Below, one piece after another: positions 11,948 through 23,618 of a stretch of 64,000 nucleotides of DNA. Source of the DNA: Squalus acanthias (lineage: Eukaryota); NCBI GenBank assembly GCA_030390025.1, contig CM059432.1, positions 63,986,001 through 64,050,000 on the forward strand, read 5' to 3'. The notes beneath the pieces are model-generated. The model was not told the DNA's origin. It worked only from the letters and a program-made list of their open reading frames with translations, and ran no database searches. The translations under genes and the position numbers were made by a program. The stretch's first letter is position 1. Every line of letters starts with the position of its first letter.

Positions 11948-13833
11948 ATGACTGCTTCAAGACCAAAGGCCTCTCCAAGATTCGATGATGACTCCCTTCA
12001 TGCTTTTGTGGAGGGAGTGAGGGCGCCAAGAGGTACTGTTCCCATCAAATGGACGGAGGAAGCCTCCTCAGCAAACCAAGGCAGCCTGGCTGCAAATTGC
12101 TGAGGAGGTGCGCGCCAGGTCTTTGTACTCACGCACCTGGGTTCAGTGTTGGAAAAGGTTCAATGACCTGCTACACACAGCAAAAGTGAGTATAACATCA
12201 CACTTACCTTCAGTCTGCTCCCCATCTCCTCTCATCACCAGCACTCTGCACTGTTAACCTACTCCTGCACATCCCACTTTACCCTTACATCCCTTGCACC
12301 CTTCACCATCCCTCTCACTCTATATACAGAATCACTTCACTATTCTACTATGCACCCCTCACACTCGCTATCACTGTTATGCAATGACAACAAATAACAA
12401 CGCACAGGGAGGGCCCTTGGTATTGGCACCTCACTCCATCTTTGTCTCCCTCTAAGCATCTATGCTATGGATTCTCTACACTCACTCCAACATTCTCGCT
12501 CAAACTCCACTTGCGTCCCTCATTGCAGGAAAGGAGAGCCCACAATAAGAAGGAGAGGGGCAGGACAGAAGGAGGGCCACCTTTGATTGCCCACTTGACC
12601 ACCGCTGAGGAGGCTGCTCTCGACATCGTCGGAGGTGCTGAGGAGCTGGAAGTGGGGGACAGTCAGACGGGTGCAGTAGAGCAACCTGGTGACAGAATAG
12701 ATTTGCAACCCTCTCATTTAGATTGCATGAGTGACTGAAATGGCATCTGATGTTCATACAGATTGAGTTCTGATCATCTGCACAATTCGATGTGCCTGCT
12801 ACGTTAATATCACATGTCTAACTCATGCATTTACTCCCCCACAGGACCATCAAGAGCCTCCCTCCCCACTGTCCAGGCGGAAGAGCCGGAAGACTCCTCA
12901 GAGGAAGCTGCAACCTCTGAGGGCGCAGTGTCAGCAGAATCGAGCACACCCGGCACCAGCGCAGAGACGCACACCTCGGTGGGTCATTCGCGAGATAGAT
13001 TAGTGTTGTCACCTGGTGTATCACAGCTCACAAGTGAGCTTCAGCAGATGGTGGAGACAGGGACAGCAGTGGAGAGTCCTCATCGGAGGTTGCAGGACGC
13101 TCCTAGCTCTGCTCAGCTGCATGTGAACCCTGTGCCTCTGGGGCCATCCAGAAAGAGAGCGGTGCTGGAACTTCAGCAACAAGTGCAGGAGTCTCTGACA
13201 GGATTTGCATCCACGGTAACTGCGAGTGTGCAGAGAATGGTGGAGTCCATCTCAAACATGAGCAATGCCGTGGTGGAGGCAATGGCGCATGAACGTGCCG
13301 CCATGGAGAGGGTGGCAACATCCTTGGAGGACATAAGTCACCAGACTCAACAGAGCACGGTGACTCTTCTAAATAGATGGTCTGCTATGGAGGATAGATG
13401 GGCATATATTGAGGAGAGACACCAGAGGTACATGGACGTCCCCGTTATGAGGACTGTCAGTACAGAGACGGGTCCTCATGGCCCCACTGATGTGCAGCAA
13501 GGTGCTCTTCAGCTACTTGAGAGGGATGTTGGTGGTCGACAACAAGGAAGTGTGGGCTCCTCTCCAAGCGCTCACACTCCCATGCCACTGCGGAGCCCTC
13601 GGTCAGAGCCCCAGATTCCTCACCCAACTGAAATGGCCGTCTCAGCCCCTGCACAGCCGCAGGAAGAGCAGACTGTTGCTGAGCCCTCCCAGGTTCCCAA
13701 ACCCAGAGGACGCCCGCCAAAGGTGTCAAAGCAAGAGCAGCATGAAAGTGAGCAAGGTGCCTCCACATCTGCTGAAGCCACAGGGGAAGCACTACATAGA
13801 AGCACGCGTAAGAGAAAGTTAACACACAAATAG
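11948..13833 (+). pseudogene. Harbinger Myb/SANT (trihelix) DNA-binding gene, 3 exons, about 462 aa, one frameshift
   Basis: Exons 11948-12185, 12529-12688 and 12845-13833 with GT-AG introns in phases 0 and 1. Motifs PRFDDDSLHAFVEGV, AAWLQIAEEV, RTWVQCWKRFNDL. Apparent 2-nt loss near 12025. C-terminal PKPRGRPPK and RSTRKRK. AATAAA at 13903. Confidence 0.85.
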
Positions 13834-14032
13834 TCACAAGGGTTGTCACTTGGGTGTTCTGATGTAATACAAAGTGAAGATTATCATCGTTATTTCAATT
13901 GTAATAAAGAAATGTGATGGCAAAGATTCAAAGAGTTGGCCTATGTGTGCCCAGAAATGGAAGTGTCACAGTGAGGTACCAGGGTGCCTTTCATCTGTAA
14001 TGATGGTGGTGAGAGTGATAGGAACCCACAGT

Positions 14033-14206
14033 TTATTGTACAGATGCCCTGCGCTGACACCCTCTGCCCTGTGCAGCATCAGGTGGGAGAGGAGGAGGTT
14101 GGCGCTCCTGTTGTTGCTGCTGCTGTTGTGCCTGGTTCTGCTGCTGCCACAGCTGCTCTTCCTCCAATTCTGAGGGACAGGATGAGAGGATATAAATGGT
14201 TCCCAT
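14033..14206 (-). pseudogene. Truncated N-terminus of the convergent second (presumed transposase) ORF
   Basis: MGTIYILSS...EEEQ-polyQ...PPDAAQGRG then stop; homologous remnants at 9540-9712, 3660-3770 and 52750-52890. Assignment rests on position, which matches the clearer HARBI remnant at 25810-25960. Confidence 0.55.
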
Positions 14207-14220
14207 TCTGCTGGTATATA

Positions 14221-14781
14221 CAGGAAACTCTTTGGTATCCGGCACCGACGGGACCGGCGTGGTGCCGGTTGATCGAAAGTTCCGGATAACGGAGAGTTAT
14301 ATCTACCGAGGCTATTTTTAACATTAAAAAATCAAGAACTGTGCAGTATACAGTATTTGGTTACTCACCTACAGAATGTTGTGTTAAATGGATGGTGGAA
14401 GATGCTTGATTAAGTACTGTACTGCCAGTTGAGGGTAACTCTTTAATTACTTAACAGTAAGTGAGACTCCCGGCAGCGCGGGAGAATCAGACTCCTGTTA
14501 CTGCAGTGTTCGGACTTCCGACAGCGCCAGGAGGCCGAGTAGTGGCACTTTGGAGAACTACCCCCACTGACTGACTCGGCGTTCGCGGGAGACTCGGACT
14601 CGGATTCGGCAACATTGCCGGTTATTTGAGAGGAGTTTTCGGAGTACTCGGCGTTCGCGGGAGACTCGGACTCGGACTCGGCAACATTGCCGGTTATTTG
14701 AGAAGAGTTTTCGGAGTATGATTTTTGCCGGTTAAGAGAGAATTCCGGATATTTAGGTGCCGGTTCAACAAGAGTTTCCTG
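14221..14781. mobile_element. Tc1/mariner-pogo (Tigger-like) MITE nested in Harbinger
   Basis: TIRs CAGGAAACTCTTTGGTATCCGGCACC / GGTGCCGGTTCAACAAGAGTTTCCTG; flanks TA/CA. Internal 72-bp tandem duplication at 14574-14718. Confidence 0.8.
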
Positions 14782-17020
14782 CATCTCAGTTGAGGAATAG
14801 ATGTTATAAGCGCTCAGTCAATGTGGGGAAAGGGTTTTCCAAGGAGTTCACAGTGCATATTGATCTCAGCTTAAACACTTACAAGCTCAATAGACCTGCA
14901 AAATGTGTTCCAACACATCAAAACACAAAGTTCTGCCATCTGAAAGTCAGCCATGTTACAGGTCTGCTTTTATGCTGCAGGAGCAGCTGTCAAGAATTCA
15001 GGTAGTTGCTGAACCCGGCACAATCAGCTGGCGTGTTTGGCGCACAACGTGGAACATGCTGAAAATGTCGTAAAATGGGAAGAGCCTGTTAAAATGGGAT
15101 TATGTAGGCAGTTAACAAGCTGTTAACTGCCTTAAGTGCCTCTCCCAGACCCGACACTTTGCAAAGCTGCGTGGAGGCGGGATGGCGGCAGGTTCGCAAC
15201 CCGCCGTCAATCATTTAGATTTTCACTCCTGACCCGCCTCCAAACCCACCCTCTGAGCGCCGGCAAAATCACAGCCTTTGTGTCTGTCTTCACTGAAGAA
15301 GACGCAAAAAACTTCCCGGAAATAGTGAAGAACCAAGGGTCTAGCAAAAATGAGGAACTGAAAGAAATTAGCATTAGTAAAAAAATAGTACTGGAGAAAT
15401 TAATGCGACTGAAAGCCGATAAATCCCCTGGACTTGATGGCCTACATCCTAGGGTTTTGAAAGAGGTGGCTATAGAGATAGTGGATGCATTGGTTGACAT
15501 TTTCCAAAATTCCCGTGGATTGGGAGGTAGCAAATGTAACCTCACTATTTAAGAAAGGAGGGAGAGAGAAAACGGAGAACTATAGACCAGTTGTCCTGAC
15601 ATCAGTAGTAGGGAAAATGCTAGAATCTATTTTTAAAGACATGGTAACAGGGCACTTAGAAAACAATAATAGAGCTGGGCAGAGTCAACACGGATTTATG
15701 AAACGGAAATCGTGTTTGACAAATCTGTTACAGTTTTTTGAGGTTGTAACTAGCAGAATAGATAAGGGGGAACCAGTGGATGTGGTGTATTTGGATTTTT
15801 AGAAGGCATTCGATAAGGTGCCACACAAGAGGTTATTAAACAAAATTAGGGCTCATGGGATTGGGGGTAATATACTAGCATGGATTGAGGATTGGTTAAC
15901 AGACAGAAAATAGCTAGTAGGAATAAACGGGTCATTTTTGGGTTGGCAGGCTGTAACTAGTGGGGTACCGCAAGGATCAGTGCTTGGGCCTCAGCTATTC
16001 ACAATCTACATCAATGATTTGGATGAGGGGACCAAATGTAATATATTCAAGTTTGCTGATGATACAAAGCTGGGTGGGAATGTAAGTTGTGAGGAGGATG
16101 CAAAGAGGCTTCAAGGGGATATAGACAAGCTAAATGAGTGGGCAAGAACATGGCAAATGGAATATAATGTGGAGAAATGTGAAGTTATCCACTTTGGTAG
16201 GAAAAATAGAAAAGCAGAGTATTTTTTAAATGGTGAGAGATTGGGAAATGTTGGTGTTCAGAGAGACCTGGGTCTCCTTGTACACGAATCACTGAAAGTT
16301 AACATGCAGGTACAGCAAGCAATTAAGAAAGCAAATGGTATGTTGGCCTTTATTACAAGAGGATTTGAGTATAAGAGTAAAGACATCTTACTGCAATTAT
16401 ATAGGGCCTTGGTGAGACCACACCTGGAGTATTGTGTACAGTTTTGGTCTCTTACCTAAGGAAGGATAAACCTGCCATAGAGGGAGTGCAACAAAGGTTC
16501 ACCAGACTGATCCCTGGGATGGGGGGATTGACCTATGAGGACAGATTGAGTAGACTAGGCCTATATTCTCCAGAGTATAGAAGAATGAGAGGTGATCGCA
16601 TTGAAACATACAAAATTATTACAGGGCTTGACAGGGTAGATGCAGGGAGGATGTTTCCCCTGGCTGGGGAGTCTCGAACCAGGGGTCACAGTCTCAGAAT
16701 AACGGGTCGGCCATTTAGGGCTGAGATGAGGAGAAATTTCTTCACTCAGAGGGTGGTGAATCTTTGGAATTCTCTACCCGAGAGTGCTGTGGAGCCTCAG
16801 TCGTTGAGTATATTCAAGACAGAGATGGATAGATTTTTGGATATTAAGGGAATCAAGGGATATGGGGATAGTGCAGAAAAGTGGAGTTGAGTGGAGTGGA
16901 TTTGAGTGGAGTGGAGGAGTGGATTTGAGTGGAGTGGATCTTATTGAATGGTGGAGCAGGCGCGAGGGGCCAAATGGCCTACTTCTGCTCCTATTTCTTC
17001 TGTTCTTATGTAAATGATAG

Positions 17021-17063
17021 GTTTTTTTTCCCTATCTTTAAATATTTTGGACTACATTGTAAG
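17021..17063 (+). CDS. Candidate 43-nt host exon (R-FFFPIFKYFGLHCK)
   Basis: AG at 17019-17020, strong donor AAG|GTAAGA, phase 2 to 0, in frame with 517-557. Unconfirmed. Confidence 0.3.
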
Positions 17064-17419
17064 GTAAGAATAAGAAAAACTGTCAGAATTTAATTTATAG
17101 TCCAAATATTTCTATAATTCTATTTTATATTCAGTATTTGAAATTGGTCCTTTTGCAAATTTATGATGTGTAGCTGTTTTGAAACCTACAAAAGCAATTT
17201 AGCATTTAACATGTAAAGCATGATTTTAACCATAAAAATCTATTGAAATTACTAAAATAAATTTATGAATAAAAACTACAACAGTGGGCTAAAAGATAAT
17301 TGAAATTTCTATAAGCCAGATTCCTGTGAATCCAACATCAAAGCATTATGCTTAAACCTATTGGGAGCAGTAAAATAACAGGATTAAATTCAATGACGTA
17401 CTAGACGTCAAATCATTAT

Positions 17420-17490
17420 TGAGTGTCTTAGACGTCCTCTGTTTAGTTGTAAAGGGGAGATGGGTTTCACTGGCTATTGCCCAAGACTTC
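17420..17490. repeat. 71-bp dispersed direct repeat, copy 1
   Basis: Matches 19380-19450 with one mismatch. Confidence 0.9.
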
Positions 17491-18055
17491 TAAATAATGT
17501 AATAGTTCTAATTGTTCTTCTAGTGTCCTGTTAGTTTCATGCCATAAATTTGAGTATTTTACTTTCTTCTATCCATTCTTGCAGAGATTTGTGTTTGTTT
17601 GAAGCTCACCGTATCTCTGCGGCATTGGGAGCCCCTGCTCAATATTGGCTGAGTCCCCTTCACTCTCAGCATTTGAAATTATCCAACAGATGTTCCACAC
17701 ATTCACAAATTGTTCTGACTGCCTCACAAATTGTTCTGACTGCCTCAGCCTATCTTTCCCCTCATTTGCTTCCAAACCAGGGATCCAATTTCTAGAGCTG
17801 GCATGAGTAGACGGAGAAGATTGTATATAGTTAGCCATATTTTTCAGCTGTATACTTGATGTCGTTCTTATTTAGTTTTTAATTGACCAGGCATTAGATA
17901 CATAGTGCTCATGACAAGGTATGAATTGTCTTCCTTGTGAGGAGCATTTAGGTGTGGACGTTGCTACCAGTATCACTGTTAACCCCAATGGGAAAAGCGA
18001 TCTCCTATGCCATGGTGCTATAGCATTATTTTATTTAATGCTGTCACACAATATT

Positions 18056-18811
18056 GGCCCAGAAATTCCGTTCGCAGCCCTCCCGCAGGCGGAGGGCTGC
18101 GATTTGGAAAAATCTCCGCCTGGACTGGAGGGCTCCCGGGAGGCGCGGAATTCCGTTGCTGTGCCTCTTCAAACTGCCGGTGTGCAGGGCACGCATATCC
18201 CAGGGGCGCAGGTAATTCGCAGCGTCCCTGGGATCACGTGGGCCATGGGGAGCCAATCAGAGCAGGGAATCTCCATTCATAGATTTGACAGGAAGACCTG
18301 TCAAATCTATGAATAGAGATCAGCCCCAAAACATAAGTAAAACTTCAAATAAATTTAAAAAAAAATCACATTTTTAAAATGACTATAAATTACATAAATT
18401 AACTATTTTAAACAAAAATTTAAATTTTTGAAAAAAATAATTAAAGTTTTTAACGGGGCTAAAAATAAACTTACCTTTCTTTAAAGTATTTTAAAATGAT
18501 AAATCAGTGGAAATTTTTTTTTTTTACTTTCTTCAACTATTAGCCTGGTAAAAGCAGGCCTTGCGCCTGCTTTTCTAGGCACAGCTGTTTCCGACTTACC
18601 TGGACTGAAGCAATTGTGAAAAAAACGGAAGTTTCAGCCGTACGCGCTGCCTATCCGGCGCAGGCGTTTGACCTGTCGAGCCCTTTCTTCACAGAACAGA
18701 AGTTCCAGTTTCCAGCGCATGCGCAGTGCATGCCTAAAATCGGCACTTCCGTTGGCCCTACGGGTGAGTACACAGCGCGTACACACCTGTAGGGAACGGA
18801 ATTTCTGGGCC
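18056..18811. mobile_element. Harbinger-type MITE, TSD ATT
   Basis: Perfect 18-bp TIR GGCCCAGAAATTCCGTTC; ATT on both flanks. Confidence 0.92.
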
Positions 18812-19379
18812 ATTATGTACTGTTGAATAATATGCAAATAAAAACTCTAGAATTTACAAAAATGCAAAAGGGAAAATTCTTCTCATTGGAATCCCAACTG
18901 AGTCAGGGACAGAGGCACTGTTAAGTTTTAATGCCAATCTATGCAAAGGCAAAATAAATGAATGTAGGCAGCACTGGGTGCATTGCATTCGCAAATATTT
19001 GCCCATGTCTACCAGTTCTACAGCAGCAATGCACTAAATTCACATCATTAATAGGGTGAAGAATAAAATCAAAATTTCCATGCTACTAAATGTTTGTGTG
19101 TCACATTCTCTGACATTGATGGGGCTTATTAATGCCTCAGACATGATCAAATCCTGGAGATGAAAAGACAAGCTGTAAAAATTAAATATCCAAGAAAGGT
19201 AGAGATGTACAGCAGATCAATCAACAACTGAGCAGATCAATGAACAACTGAAAAGGAAACATAGGTTAACATTTCATCAGAATTGTTGATTCTGACATGT
19301 TAACCTATCTTTCTCTTTCTGATCCCAACTGATTTGTGTATTTGTTGCATTTTTTCTGGTAACCAGTTTCTGCTTCAGC

Positions 19380-19450
19380 TGAGTGTCTTAGACGCCCTCT
19401 GTTTAGTTGTAAAGGGGAGATGGGTTTCACTGGCTATTGCCCAAGACTTC
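19380..19450. repeat. 71-bp dispersed direct repeat, copy 2
   Basis: Matches 17420-17490 with one mismatch. Confidence 0.9.
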
Positions 19451-21365
19451 AACTATATTTTATTTATAAAATGTATTTCAAGGCAGTTCAAAACAAAGCT
19501 GCCTTTTCTGTTTGTAATAGCAGTTCCCACAGGTAGGTGTCAACATCAATCAGGTTTCTGTGTTAAATGTGCAAGAGATGGTTTTTATTTTATCCTTTGC
19601 ACACAAGTCAGCTCATGATAGTAGCTTTGTGTTCAAAAACAGTGCATTGATACCATAGGCAAGTATTGTTTAGTCACAAAACTGGGAAAACATGGGCCCA
19701 ATCGTACTGACAGTACATTGATAGCTAATATATTATCCTTAGGATTTTCAGAGATACCACACAGTGTTAAATAACAGGAAGAATATGGTGAGAAAATATT
19801 TGCATCCTTTTCCAATTAACAATCTCACACACTGAACGTAAAACATGTTTTTATAATAGTGATGCATGGGGTGAAATGGTAGTGCATCAGTATTTTTTAA
19901 ATTAAAACTGCTGCAAATGTGTCATAGCTTGTTAAATTGGAACATGTTTATAAATAAAATGATCTTTATAAAGCTACACCATTAGCCAAAATACAGTTCT
20001 AGAGTAAATGAGTCTATTCAATCCATTAGTTTAGATCTTGGGTGTAAAGTGGTAAGGAGCAAGGGTAAAGGAATAGGGTCATAATTGCTCCATGGTGATT
20101 ATAACCAAAATGCATTATGCAATTTCTTTTGACATATAAGCTGTTAGGTTGCATTTTATCGACTTGATGACTGTACATTTTGAAAACAAGAAAGTGAATA
20201 AAGCCATAGGAAGCAGCAGTTATTGAACCGTTGGAAAATTTGTGTCTCTGCCCTGCTGAAGGTGGCAGGATCCTGCTGATTCAGCAGCCATAGATCTAAA
20301 GAAAGGGTTGTTGGCATTTGAATTTGTGGCAATGTGCTCTTGCAGCCTCACATTGTGTATGCTTGGGTACATCTCGTTTAACCTGCCACTGGAGCAGAAT
20401 GGATATGCCTGACATAGCATAGAATGAGACCTGCTGCCGCACATTTATAATCCAAGGAAAGTCTTATTATGGTCTTTTAGAACTCTGACTTTTGATTGAT
20501 ATAAAAAGTAGTTTGATTTTGCAATTTCTTTTGTGGAACTTGCTTTCTTTCTCATCAAGGCAAGGGATGTCGATGTTTTTCCACTTTGACCCAGTCCCAG
20601 CATCAAAAAATTCCCAGAGTAGGCATAACATAGCCAGCTGCAGAATGTATGGAACTTCCTTAATCTGCTCCAACAAGGTATCTACCTTCATTCAAACCTC
20701 AGAAGAGCATCTCCAATTACAGCGCTGTAATTTTTAATTCATCTCTCCATTATAGCTATGGTCTGTTATTGCTAACCTGGTGACAAATTATGTGTTTTAG
20801 ACTTATCTCCACTGTGGTCTTGGATACGACTGTCTAGCTGGATACAATAACAAGAAGAAATAATTTACAAAATTGTCCCTGGTGATAGCTGTAAGCACAG
20901 AAAGACTTGGAAACCTTGTAAATTGAGTGCCAGTCGGCAACAGATTCCCCATTGCCTAATGCATAGTCCAGCAAATCTCTTCAGTAAGCAATGGTTAACT
21001 CAGCATTTAAACTGCATGCAACACAGGTAGTATATTAAGCATGACCCGTTTGAATTATTAGAATATATTGAGGTGCAGAAACACTTGCTGTATCTCCCTC
21101 ATGAAGATGGACATGCAGCTCGAGTCTTGAGGTGCTGCTCATCAAGTACACCATTCAGTATGGCTTTGGACTGCTCTGAGCCTGAGAGCAAAAGATGGGT
21201 GTCTCCTACAACCTGTCAAACAAGACTACCATATTCCATCTGGATGGTCAAAGGCTTGCTAGAAGATTAAAGATAACAAGTAGGGCTGAGCTTTTCTACT
21301 AGCTTTTCCACATCTTTGTCGCAGTGTACCGCAATGTGATTAATAAGCTAAGGAGCTGAATCATT

Positions 21366-22054
21366 GGGGTGAATTTTAACCCCAAAAAATGGGTGGGTTG
21401 GGATCGGGTGAGATGTTAAAATTTTAAAAATCTCAAACCCGACCCTAACCCGCCACCAACCCACCCACTTCCAGGTTTAACGGAGGCGGGACAAGAGGCG
21501 GGCAGCAAACCCGCTCCCAGAATGTGGGTTGGCAATTTAAATATTTTAATGAGGCTGGCCGCTTCAAATGGAACCTGCTTTGCAAGTTTAACCCTGGCCG
21601 ACCAGGTTTCCCGGGCTTCGGGAAAAGGCAAGTGCCTTTGCAGTACAGCTTGTGGGCTAAGAGAAGCAGGTTCCCCCAGCCCCCCAAGCTAACCTTCTTC
21701 CCTTGGATCGGACACCCCCATCAGAACCCCTCCATGCAACGACCCCCCCGACCATAGATCAGAACCCCTACCTCCCCCAGGGTCAGGGATCGAATCCCCC
21801 CCACGCTCCCACGAGCAGCTGCAAGCTCCTTACCTGAGGCTGCGGTCTGCTCTGGAGTGCTCCCTGCCTGACTAGAAGTTAAGCTTGTCAATCAGGCTGA
21901 CTTCCAGGCGGGGATCCTGCTGTTAAAACAAATACGCACGCTGTGGAGTTAAAACTCCACAGCATTCGAAGAAACCCGGACTTCCGGGTTTCCTGACTGA
22001 AACTCTAACACCCCCACCCTGCTCACCAAACCCGCCCCTGTCAATATCTGGGGC
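21366..22054. mobile_element. Harbinger-type MITE
   Basis: GGGGTGAATTTTAAC / GTCAATATCTGGGCC ends; flanks ATT/ACT; GC-rich body. Confidence 0.7.
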
Positions 22055-22372
22055 CACTGTAACTGCAGGGATTTTTCAACCCTTATTGACATATTCTTCT
22101 CAGAATGAATAACACACCATTTTCCCATCTACTGTCCCATTTCATTCCGTTTATGTAGGGATTTAGTCAGCACCTGTCTTTCAGAAGGGGAACTAACCAT
22201 TCTGTAAAGGGTGGTGTCATCAGCAAAAAGAATATTGTTTTTGAAGATAATAAGAGGAAAATATTTTCTTATAGAGTATATTTTCTTTTAATTATGCGTT
22301 AGTTATTTTATTATACAGCCATTGCCATGCTTTGCTCTCTCAGCCAGAATCACATATTATTCCAGGATGCAA

Positions 22373-22487
22373 AGTTCTGGCGACTGGTCATCGACCTGAA
22401 ACGTTAACTCTCTTTCTCTCTCCACAGATGCTGTCTGACCTGCTGAGCATTTTATTTCAGATTTCCAGCATCTGCAGTATTTTGCTT
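22373..22487 (+). mobile_element. Penelope-derived short repeat with degenerate hammerhead
   Basis: Homologous to 43020-43152; core mutated to CTGGCGA...GACCTGAAACGTTAAC. Confidence 0.75.
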
Positions 22488-23618
22488 CAATAAATATTTG
22501 GTATTTGATTTAACATAAAGGTGACATTTAGTAACTGGGTTAAATCTTTGAGACTCCACTCCTGTCGGCGAGTCATGTTTGATTGGAGCGCATTTCAGAG
22601 AATTGAGCATGGAAGTCACTGTTCCTGATTTGTGATGTGCCTGATTTTTCTAACCTCCAAGTTCAATTGTGCTCAAATGAGACTCCATGCCAAGTGTGGA
22701 ATCTGTGAAAATGTACCCTCCTAGGTCCTTTAATTACACCATGGGATAATAGTAGATGAGCACTTAACACTAAGACCTGCCTTAACTTGATTTGTAACAC
22801 TTTTATTTTCAATGAGGATTCTAGTATAAGAATAACAGTGAACAGCTGAATATAAAATAAGGCCCTGAAATTACACTGCAGGAGCAACCCATTTAAAGTA
22901 AATGGCTTATAGTCTCTGCTAAAATAGTGAGAGAATAACTTCAAATAAATGCATTAGATGTTCGTAAATAATTATCCTGCAGAGTAACTTCTGGGTCATA
23001 ATTAATTATTTTACATTCAGATCACTTTTTCAGCAGTACGAGCAATCCAACCTAAAAATAAAACTATTACAAATCAATTTTAATTCTGGTTGTAGGGCAG
23101 GCACTAGATCATTGGATTATAGATAGGAGGATAAACAATCATAACAGACATTGAATAGCTGCACTAACGGTTGAATTGTTTTAAACAGTTTAATGATTGT
23201 AAATTAATATACGATTGTACTGTTTAATATATTACTGCACTACAATTTGTACTTTAATACATTGGATGAAGAAGGTTATTCCACATCCTACTCAAACTCC
23301 TGGTTGAAATGAACAGTTCCACTAGTTGCCAAAAAACAGGTTTTATTCCTTTACATCCAACCTCTATCACTTGGTGACTTCCGAAAGGGAGATTTTAGTA
23401 AATGCTTTGTCAAAATGACAGGGCATTCTATGCCCTTGGCCAGGAACTGTCTGTCCCTATGCTTTTATGTCCAATCCACTGTGAGCAGCCAGCTGGCAAT
23501 GGCACTTTGGCTTCTGCGTGGGCTGCTGATGTCATTTTGTAATGTTTGTCTAATTATTTTTTGTCTAATCTGACCATTGGATGCATTACATTACTTTTCC
23601 TCCAGATTTAGACATATT

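Larger units (their letters stand above)
11678..15276 (+). mobile_element. 3.6-kb PIF/Harbinger transposon (Myb gene retained, transposase internally deleted), TSD TTT
   Basis: TIRs GGCCGTGATTGT / AAAATCACAGCC. TTT at 11675-11677 and 15277-15279. Removal restores the CR1 frame. Confidence 0.92.
11600..17010 (+). mobile_element. CR1 LINE ORF2 (RT to 3' end) split by a Harbinger insertion
   Basis: 11600-11677 EMAEKLNKYF continues at 15280 VSVFTEED...NYRPV-LTS...YLDF...VPQGSVLGP...FADD...WNSLP; (TTCTTATG) tail ends at 17010. Confidence 0.93.

Noticed and set aside
14443..14784. ORF with a duplicated 24-aa block
   Set aside because: Reflects a 72-bp tandem duplication inside a non-coding MITE.
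16880..16940. GAGTG-rich short repeats in the CR1 3' UTR
   Set aside because: Local slippage expansion with no sign of function.
17703..17747. 21-bp tandem duplication within an 89-aa minus-strand ORF
   Set aside because: Ordinary micro-duplication; the ORF lacks recognisable motifs.
20220..21300. Coding-like stretches with faint HARBI1 resemblance (VELAFFLIKAR; ALDCS)
   Set aside because: Motifs are too short and inconsistent to support by eye.
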